DNA of 40,527 nucleotides, from positions 1-40,527 of the forward strand of contig CAZWLQ010000005.1 of NCBI GenBank assembly GCA_964634615.1. The letters run 5' to 3'. Made by a program: the position numbers and the translations under genes. The stretch is from an uncultured Candidatus Saccharibacteria bacterium (GTDB lineage Bacteria; Patescibacteriota; Minisyncoccia; Phycocordibacterales; EsbW-18). The notes below the pieces were generated by a model, which had not been told where the DNA came from, searched no databases, and saw only the letters and a list, made by a program, of their open reading frames with translations. Positions 33,811-40,527 of the stretch are shown piece after piece (positions within the stretch are counted from its first letter, which is position 1; each line of letters opens with the position of its first letter).

Positions 33811-34881
33811 TTATATCAATTTATCGAGAATTGCCGGATTTAACGAATGCACTCGAGCATCTTCAACACTGATGACACCGTTTCTCACAAGCTCTGCGAG
33901 CGAACGGTTCATATCCATCATGCCGTACTCCGAACCGGTTTCAATCACCGAATCAATCTCATGAGTTCTTCCTTCTCGAATCAGGTTCGCGACCGCCTTC
34001 GTATTAATCAATAACTCGTATGCAGGGACGAGACCACCCGCTACGCGCGGAATCAATCGCTGTGAAAAGATTCCCAGAAGTGAGCCCGCGAGCTGCACAC
34101 GAACCTGTGATTGACTTTCTGGCGGGAACGAATCGATGATGCGATCAATCGTCTGTGATGCGTTGTTGGTGTGCAGTGTTGAAAGCACAAGGTGCCCCGT
34201 CTCTGCAGCGGTGACCGCAGTACCGATGGTTTCAGGTCCACGCATCTCACCAATCATCACCACATCAACGTCTTGGCGGAAAAGTTGCGTGAGCGCTCTA
34301 TGGAAATCGAGCGTGTCAACGCGGACTTCGCGCTGATTAATCATTGATTTTTTCGGTTCAAAGATGTATTCGATAGGGTCTTCAATCGTCACGATGTGAT
34401 CCGGACGCTCGGTGTTGATGAGCTCAATCATCGCAGCCAACGTTGTCGACTTACCGTGACCAACAGGGCCAACCACCAAGAAAAATCCTTGTTCGCGTCG
34501 GGCAAAATCTGCAAGCGCTGTCGGCAAACCGAGTTCCTCAAACGAACGAATGCTCTTTGGAATCAAGCGGAGCGCTATTGCAATCCTGTCGCGCGAGAAT
34601 GAGCAGTTCCCTCGAAAACGAATCGTATCGTTTTGATAGCTGTATGAAAAATCGACTTCTTTTTCTCGCAAAAAAAGTTCTTTGTTGGCAGGCGTCAGAA
34701 GGACCTCCATAAATCCTTTCGTATCGTCCGCCGTGAGCATTGCTTGGGCGACCAAGGGAATCATGAGGCCCGAGACGCGGATGGTTGGGTGATAGCCCGC
34801 GGTCAAGTGAAGATCCGACCCTCCTTGCTTGATGATCGTTTGAATGAGCTCTTCAAGTTGTGTTTCGTATTGCGATGCCAT
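33811..34881 (-). CDS. pilT: Twitching-motility (retraction) ATPase PilT
   Basis: GGSDLHL at the N-terminus, Walker A GPVGHGKST, and the typical ~350-aa PilT length. Confidence 0.92.
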   Translation of the reverse strand: MASQYETQLEELIQTIIKQGGSDLHLTAGYHPTIRVSGLMIPLVAQAMLTADDTKGFMEVLLTPANKELFLREKEVDFSYSYQNDTIRFRGNCSFSRDRIAIALRLIPKSIRSFEELGLPTALADFARREQGFFLVVGPVGHGKSTTLAAMIELINTERPDHIVTIEDPIEYIFEPKKSMINQREVRVDTLDFHRALTQLFRQDVDVVMIGEMRGPETIGTAVTAAETGHLVLSTLHTNNASQTIDRIIDSFPPESQSQVRVQLAGSLLGIFSQRLIPRVAGGLVPAYELLINTKAVANLIREGRTHEIDSVIETGSEYGMMDMNRSLAELVRNGVISVEDARVHSLNPAILDKLI

Positions 34882-34892
34882 AGCTTCAAAGA

Positions 34893-36719
34893 TTATACCA
34901 CGGGCTCTTCAGGCAGTGCGTCATCATTTTTGATAATGCGCTTCTCGTCAGTTGTCTCCGCTTCAACCACATCTTCATCTTCAAGAATGTCGTACGCGCC
35001 ACCAAGCGTGTTCACTTCTTCAAAGGGCACTTCCTTGCGCATGCTCTTGATGATTGCATCTTCACGCATCGTAAACATTCCCTGCTTTCGGGCGACTTCA
35101 CGAACTTTGGGTTCTGTTGGGTCGGTCAAAATCACACGTTCAAGATCTTTATTCATCTCAATCACTTCAAACACCGCGAGACGACCCCTGGTTCCTTTTG
35201 GACAGCTTTCTGAAGGTTCGATGCCGTAGAGTGCCTTGCCCTTGGGAATTTGTGAGCGATATTTTTCTGGAATATCAGCAAATTCCCTATCAATCATGAG
35301 TTTCATGCTGCCTTCAAGCGGAATCTCTTTGCCGGTATCAGGACAGAGTTTCTTCACAAGACGCTGCGCCATCGCGAGTGCCAATGTTGGTGCAATCAAA
35401 TACGGATCAACACCCATATCTATCAGTCGTGGGATAACGCCAATTGCACTGTTGGTGTGAATCGTTGAGAACACCAAGTGACCGGTCAGTGCCGCCTGCA
35501 CTGCAAGCTGTGCGGTCTCTTTGTCGCGAATCTCACCCACCATGATGATGTCGGGGTCTTGTCGGAGTGTCGTGCGGAGTCCTGATGCAAACGTGTAACC
35601 GATTTCAGGGCGCACCTGAGACTGATTCATACCAGAGATGTTGTACTCGACCGGATCTTCAAGCGAGAGAACGTTTTGACCCTCGCGATCAACCTCTTCA
35701 AGCATCGAATAGAGTGTTGTTGTTTTACCCGAACCGGTTGGTCCTGAAATCAGAATCAATCCGTACGGACGCGCGAGTGCGTTCCGCACGAGGCGCAAAT
35801 CGCGCTCTGACATGCCAATCTGGTCGAGCGGCAAAACACCCTTCTGTGGGTCAAGGATTCGCATCACCACCTTTTCTCCATAGTACGCAGGAAATGTCGA
35901 GACACGGAGGTCAATCTTTCGTCCTGAAATGTGCGCGGAGAAACGACCGTCCTGTGGTTTTCGTTTCTCGTCAATCTTCATGTTCTGGCAGAGAATCTTG
36001 ATGCGAGCAACAATTGCCGGATGCACATTCATTGGCAGTGTAAGGTTGGTTGTCATCAAACCGTCCACACGGAAACGAACCTTCAATAAATCATCGGTTG
36101 GCTCGATGTGAATGTCGGACGCGTTCTCCTCAACCGCATGGTTCAAAATCGTTGCGACGATTTTTGTCACCGGTGCATCCTCAACAATGGTTTCCTCTCT
36201 TTCTTCAATATCACCTCGGCCACGCTTTTCTGCCTTTTGTTGCTCGTTGTTCAGTTCCGATTCGAGGTCGGTAAGCGCTTCAGTGACCTCCCCCGAAAGT
36301 CCTTGATAATTCTTCAGTACATCTTCAAAGTCCTTTTGTGTAATTAAATAGAGCTTGTATGGCAGGCGTGTCTTTGCGGTTATAAATTGGAGCGCGTCCT
36401 TTGCTTCAATGTTGTCCGGGTCAACAATACCGACTTCAAGCGCATTGTCTGTCATGCCAATTGGCACAAAACTGTAGTGGCGTGCTGATTCCTCTGGAAT
36501 CGCATTGAGGACATCAAACGATATTTGTTTGGCATCAACGGTGCGGGTTGGAAGACCGTAGTGCATTCCCTTTGCCTCAAGGATTGTTGATGCGGCGACA
36601 CCTTCTGCACGAGCGACATCTTCGAGCGTTTCACCGCTTTCTTTTGCTTTTGCTTCTATCGCCCTTGCGTCGGCGTCAGAGAGCGATCCTTTTTGTACAA
36701 GTTCGTCTAGGAAGGACAT
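34893..36719 (-). CDS. pilB: Type IV pilus assembly ATPase PilB (GspE family)
   Basis: N-terminal T2SSE_N-like domain and Walker A GPTGSGKTT. The ATG at 36719 is preferred to the TTG at 36731. Confidence 0.92.
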   Translation of the reverse strand: MSFLDELVQKGSLSDADARAIEAKAKESGETLEDVARAEGVAASTILEAKGMHYGLPTRTVDAKQISFDVLNAIPEESARHYSFVPIGMTDNALEVGIVDPDNIEAKDALQFITAKTRLPYKLYLITQKDFEDVLKNYQGLSGEVTEALTDLESELNNEQQKAEKRGRGDIEEREETIVEDAPVTKIVATILNHAVEENASDIHIEPTDDLLKVRFRVDGLMTTNLTLPMNVHPAIVARIKILCQNMKIDEKRKPQDGRFSAHISGRKIDLRVSTFPAYYGEKVVMRILDPQKGVLPLDQIGMSERDLRLVRNALARPYGLILISGPTGSGKTTTLYSMLEEVDREGQNVLSLEDPVEYNISGMNQSQVRPEIGYTFASGLRTTLRQDPDIIMVGEIRDKETAQLAVQAALTGHLVFSTIHTNSAIGVIPRLIDMGVDPYLIAPTLALAMAQRLVKKLCPDTGKEIPLEGSMKLMIDREFADIPEKYRSQIPKGKALYGIEPSESCPKGTRGRLAVFEVIEMNKDLERVILTDPTEPKVREVARKQGMFTMREDAIIKSMRKEVPFEEVNTLGGAYDILEDEDVVEAETTDEKRIIKNDDALPEEPVV

Positions 36720-36844
36720 AGTGTGGTTCAAACTCTAAAATCCAAGAAATCAAGCTCCAAACAAATTCCATTATTCCAAAACCCAAATGGAAAGAGGAAA
36801 TATATGCCGTGTTTGGAAATTGGAATCTGGATTTTGGAATTTAA
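36720..36844. repeat. 125-nt spacer filled with TTGGAAT/ATTCCAA-type motifs in both orientations
   Basis: caagctccaaacaaattcca (36751-36770) is the exact reverse complement of 29594-29613. The right half reads gtgtttggaaattggaatctggattttggaattt. Confidence 0.75.
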
Positions 36845-37189
36845 TTACAGTGGCTCTGTCGTTGAAGCAGGTGCGGTTTCAACCGATTCAACCGTGCCGA
36901 TTGGTGCAAACGGATTTCGTCGGCCTATCGGCTCAGGAACCAATTTCACCGTGAAATCCTCGAGCGTCTGAAACGCCGCGTCCGCAAAAATAGCATCAGC
37001 GAGCGTAATCGACTTCAACTCAAGCAAGAGCGACAAAAGATCACCACCCTGCTCTGCAGGCAATCCCGATGGAGTCTCTGATGAGAGCGCAGCTTCCTCC
37101 TCTCCCCCAAAGAACGCCTTATAAAGGACGAACAGAAGAATCACGATGACTACGCCGATGATGATTTTTTTGATGGGTAGATTCTTCAT
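36845..37189 (-). CDS. PilP-like small anchored protein
   Basis: One N-terminal TM, ~114 aa, a C-terminal ..RRNPFAPIG motif, and a position after the PilN/PilO-like genes. Confidence 0.55.
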   Translation of the reverse strand: MKNLPIKKIIIGVVIVILLFVLYKAFFGGEEEAALSSETPSGLPAEQGGDLLSLLLELKSITLADAIFADAAFQTLEDFTVKLVPEPIGRRNPFAPIGTVESVETAPASTTEPL

Positions 37190-37190
37190 A

Positions 37191-37736
37191 CTATTTCAAC
37201 CAGTAGGTGGTGAGTGTCACGTTGTAGGTTGTAAGCCCTCCAGGTAATTCGGATGCTGTAAATGAAAGCGAGCTTACATCAATGATGCGAAGACTTCGTT
37301 CGAGATCGCCAAGAAACGCGCGGAAACGGTCGTATGTTGCCGCAACACTAAATGAAAGCGAAAGCCGACCAAACTCATCCCCCGATGGTCCAATCGCACC
37401 CTCCGTTGCGCTCTCATCGGGCAAGCCGATTGCAATACCCCCAAGAGACATCCCGTAGCGTGATGCGAGCGTGTTGATATCAATAATCAAACGGACGGTA
37501 TCGATACTATTTGGGAGCATCGTGTTCAAGCGATTGATGTTCTCCGATGAAAAGGCATTGTATTTCGAGAGAAGCGAGTCTCGGAGCGCAATCAACTCTT
37601 TCGAACGCGCGAGAGCATTGTCAAAAGAGTTCGCTTCGTCCTGAAGCGTGCGGACACCGGCATATCGCGCATTGGTGAAAAGCGCAAAAAGCGCAATTGC
37701 CGCAATGATGAGAATGATGCTGATGATGTTCTTCAT
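37191..37736 (-). CDS. PilO-like pilus assembly protein
   Basis: N-terminal TM, a coiled coil and a ferredoxin-like C-terminal half. The operon position fits. Confidence 0.6.
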   Translation of the reverse strand: MKNIISIILIIAAIALFALFTNARYAGVRTLQDEANSFDNALARSKELIALRDSLLSKYNAFSSENINRLNTMLPNSIDTVRLIIDINTLASRYGMSLGGIAIGLPDESATEGAIGPSGDEFGRLSLSFSVAATYDRFRAFLGDLERSLRIIDVSSLSFTASELPGGLTTYNVTLTTYWLK

Positions 37737-37741
37737 ATCGT

Positions 37742-38422
37742 TTAGAGTGTGTCCGTGCGTTCGCCTGTTTCTGTTGTTGTTGCAGCACCGGCGACACTTG
37801 GTGCGTCAACATCAAAAAATGCGCTTCCGCCTCGTGTTGCTTGTTCGCGGTACGACAATGTCGTCGGATCAATAATCGCGTTGACTGTGAACTCAACGTT
37901 TCCGCGCTCGTCAAGCGTCAGACCACTAAATGCTGGACTCATAATCGAGCGGTTCTTTCCAAATTCATCCGATTGCAATGCAACGGACGCAAACGACCTC
38001 GCCTCACCCTGCAATACGAGCGCAACCCCGTCTTCACCAATGCTATATGACATGTTCGTAAATCGAACTGTTTCAAGCGTGATGCCCTCAAGGAGATTGA
38101 AAATACCCGATGGTGCTAGGTGTTCATTCAAAAGATCTTGCGAGATGCGGAGTTTCGCATCGAGTCGAGAGAGCTCGCGAATCAATTCTGGCTCAAACGC
38201 GTTCTTGGCACGCTCAAGGGACTCTTTCTTGCTTTCAATTGATGAGACCAAAAAGCGACCATAGAGGAAGACGCCCGCGGCACCGAGTAGAGAAAGCACG
38301 AAAATCGCGACAGCAATAAACGAGAGAACGCTTGAGAGTGTCGTTGAAGATGACGGTCGTGCCGGAGCGCCGACATCAAAGGTTTTCTTTGGTATGAACG
38401 ATGTTTGGAATTCTTGCGCCAT
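37742..38422 (-). CDS. PilN-like pilus assembly protein
   Basis: A short cytoplasmic N-terminus, one TM, a coiled coil and a C-terminal beta-rich domain. It is the first gene of the operon. No pilM is seen. Confidence 0.55.
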   Translation of the reverse strand: MAQEFQTSFIPKKTFDVGAPARPSSSTTLSSVLSFIAVAIFVLSLLGAAGVFLYGRFLVSSIESKKESLERAKNAFEPELIRELSRLDAKLRISQDLLNEHLAPSGIFNLLEGITLETVRFTNMSYSIGEDGVALVLQGEARSFASVALQSDEFGKNRSIMSPAFSGLTLDERGNVEFTVNAIIDPTTLSYREQATRGGSAFFDVDAPSVAGAATTTETGERTDTL

Positions 38423-38441
38423 AGGAGACGGTGCTCCCTAA

Positions 38442-38470
38442 AGTATACGGCGCAGCAATCACTGCTACAA
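38442..38470 (-). promoter_or_regulatory. Putative pilus operon promoter TTGTAG-17 nt-TATACT
   Basis: Read on the minus strand, 20 nt upstream of the ATG at 38422. Confidence 0.45.
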
Positions 38471-38545
38471 GTCTCAATGTGGGTTACTTATCCCTCTGAA
38501 AAACTTCGCTATCTTGTACTCACTCTGTAGACATTTTTCATTGCT

Positions 38546-39592
38546 TCAAAAAGAAGACAGGACTCTCACAATCCCCTTCTCCGCATCCACCTCGACCATG
38601 TCGCCATCTTTGAGTACCTGCGTTGCGATTTTTGTACCGATAACACAAGGCTTTTTGAGTTCACGCGCGATTATTGCTGCGTGACATGTAATCCCTCCTT
38701 CATCCGTCACAAAACCCGCAGCACGCTCCATTGCAGGAAGAAAGTCGGGCGTCGTCATGGAGGCGACTAAAATATCCCCGGGAAGAACTTCTGCTCCCTG
38801 TCGCCATTCAAAAAGCACTTTTACTCGGCCCTGAACCACACCTTTTGATGCAGCGAAACCCTTCAAGATAGTTACATCTTCCTGTATAGATTCTCCCGCA
38901 AAAACAATGTTGTGTGTGCGTGCACAGTCGTCAATGGTTTCGGTTTTTACCTTTCCCCTAGAGTAACAATAACCCTTTTGTCTTTCTTTGTAGTCATCCA
39001 CTGACAAAAATGTCTTATTGATGACTTCGTCATACGAGACAACATCGTAGACGCTCTTTAATTCGTCAGGAAGAGTGCGTATAAAAAGCTCTTCAAATCT
39101 TGCACCTGCTTGATAGATCACCGTGTCTGTGCGCGTGCGAAGCTCAAGAGCTTTTTTCTGCATGTCGTCACTGATAACACCTTTGGCAAGACCTCCTAAC
39201 ACGTTCATGACCGTTAGGTACGGCCAAAAACTAACAATTGCATCGAATAATTCCTGAATGTTCGTTGTTGGCGAGTTGGTAAGCCTAAGAAGTGCCACCA
39301 CTTTCTCTTCATACATATTTCTATCCTCATCAAAGTCTTCCTTGTTGTCATTAAAGGATGCCGCTAATGAACGCGGGTCTTGTTGCACGTCAGAAAAATC
39401 ATAATAAACCGCTGTGCCACAGCCAGAGCGGTAGACGAAGAGTGGCTCAAAAAAGGCCGCGCCTTGTGTAAGCTTTTCAATACCGTACCGCTCTCCTCGA
39501 TACCAATACTCACAAGCAGCAAGCGTAAGCGAGCGGTTCATCACCTTTCGATATTCGTGAGCAATGAGGTTGTTACTCTGGCATGAGCCCAT
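38546..39592 (-). CDS. Protein with a C-terminal PEP-utilising-enzyme mobile (phosphohistidine swivel) domain and an unassigned ~235-aa N-terminal region
   Basis: GFVTDEGGITCHAAIIARELKKPCVIG matches the swivel-domain signature G-G-x-T-x-H-A-A-I-x-A-R-E. No ATP-grasp motifs were recognised. Confidence 0.75.
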   Translation of the reverse strand: MGSCQSNNLIAHEYRKVMNRSLTLAACEYWYRGERYGIEKLTQGAAFFEPLFVYRSGCGTAVYYDFSDVQQDPRSLAASFNDNKEDFDEDRNMYEEKVVALLRLTNSPTTNIQELFDAIVSFWPYLTVMNVLGGLAKGVISDDMQKKALELRTRTDTVIYQAGARFEELFIRTLPDELKSVYDVVSYDEVINKTFLSVDDYKERQKGYCYSRGKVKTETIDDCARTHNIVFAGESIQEDVTILKGFAASKGVVQGRVKVLFEWRQGAEVLPGDILVASMTTPDFLPAMERAAGFVTDEGGITCHAAIIARELKKPCVIGTKIATQVLKDGDMVEVDAEKGIVRVLSSF

Positions 39593-39595
39593 GGC

Positions 39596-40489
39596 TTAGT
39601 TTTCTTCTGAAATCTGTTCGATGAGTTCGGGAGGAACATCCTCTTCGAATACAAATGACTCTTCGGGGTTTTCTGATTCTTTCTTATACGAGATATGGAT
39701 TTTCATCTCACCGTTCTTTTCCATAAGAACATTCGCCTCAAAACCTTCAGCAAAACCAAACCCTTGATTCTTAAGCGCAGCTACAAAACGATCACGCTCT
39801 TGAGTTCCCCTCGTAAGCTCAATCACCTTTGCCAAAAAGGCCTCCTGAACACCTTGGTGTGTTCCGAAGAAGCGCTTGAGCTCTGGCGCATATGAATCGC
39901 TTTTTTCCCGGACAATCTTGTCCCAGCGTGGTGCAATGTCAATATACTTTTTAATGATGGAAGCAACAGCTTGTATGTGCCGCGTGTAGGTTGAACTTTC
40001 AAAATCCCCCGATTCTTTTGCCAGTTGATCGCTGTCTTCAACCAGAAACTTCAGGTACCTCCCCCCGAGAAATGCTTCCATTGCCTTTTTACCGTACGCA
40101 CTCTCCTCATCAAGAATAAAATCGAGTCTTGGATCAATACCAATCTTTGTTCCAACACGAAGACCTTGGTCAATTTTTTCTTTCAACTCTTCAAATGATT
40201 CTTCTCCGGTTATATCCTCCAGGCCTCCCGCCATCACATACCCAGCAGTTTGCTGCGTCCTCTTGCGTGGTGAACCAAAAACGATTGATTGTTCTATGTT
40301 GGTGTCTCGCGCTTTTTCTTTTGCATGAAGTCTTCCTTCGAGAGTAAGGAGGATGTCGTTATCTGATTTTTCTTCGCCTTTTTCTTTTTGATCATGGCGG
40401 AAGAATCGAAGATCAATTTGCGAGGAAATGCCCTCTCGGGATTCAGGACTTGTATCTTTTTCGATCTTTTTTTCAAAATTCATATTCAT
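39596..40489 (-). CDS. Histidine phosphatase superfamily (PGAM-like) protein
   Basis: RHDQKE (the RHG-type motif), LTLEGRLHAKEKA, GSPRKRTQQTA and a late GTHQG motif. The start is ATG at 40489 or GTG at 40525, and the frame stays open to the window edge. Confidence 0.65.
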   Translation of the reverse strand: MNMNFEKKIEKDTSPESREGISSQIDLRFFRHDQKEKGEEKSDNDILLTLEGRLHAKEKARDTNIEQSIVFGSPRKRTQQTAGYVMAGGLEDITGEESFEELKEKIDQGLRVGTKIGIDPRLDFILDEESAYGKKAMEAFLGGRYLKFLVEDSDQLAKESGDFESSTYTRHIQAVASIIKKYIDIAPRWDKIVREKSDSYAPELKRFFGTHQGVQEAFLAKVIELTRGTQERDRFVAALKNQGFGFAEGFEANVLMEKNGEMKIHISYKKESENPEESFVFEEDVPPELIEQISEEN

Positions 40490-40527
40490 GACAATTCTGT
40501 TTTTAAGAAATAATCCGCACAACACCC

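Overview
This window looks like a small, gene-dense bacterial genome of the Patescibacteria/CPR (Parcubacteria-like) type; that lineage call is inference from gene content and style. The backbone is housekeeping genes: rmuC, yqeY, ftsK, recA, efp, rpsF-ssb-rpsR, tatD, metG, an AI-2E permease, gatC-gatA and ligA. There is also a complete secretin-less type IV pilus operon at 27735-38422 on the minus strand: PilN/O/P-like genes, pilB, pilT, pilC, the major pilin, pilD, three minor pilins and a LamG-domain pilin-like protein. Two large secreted or anchored surface proteins are present.

Five observations are not explained by ordinary annotation:
1. Two convergent tRNA genes (Asp, Met) are each followed by a terminator, a homologous ~90-nt element and a displaced copy of that tRNA's own 3' end. 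Together they bracket a 2-kb cargo.
2. Small, visibly GC-richer orphan genes are inserted between core operons. Each has its own sigma70-like promoter, a strong Shine-Dalgarno and an intrinsic terminator, while core genes here are SD-less and often leaderless.
3. A 1.9-kb island lies between gatC and ligA. It holds two tandem modules whose promoter, operator-like palindrome, 5' leader and terminator are better conserved than the 2-TM proteins they express, and one leader hairpin covaries.
4. Long structured leaders sit upstream of a secreted peptidoglycan-binding protein and upstream of the major pilin.
5. The pilus operon carries a repeated 30-nt motif, extended prepilin leaders and a 20-codon hydrophobic micro-ORF.

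No CRISPR array, rRNA gene or transposase gene was seen. Hand-derived coordinates of non-ORF features may be off by 1-2 nt.
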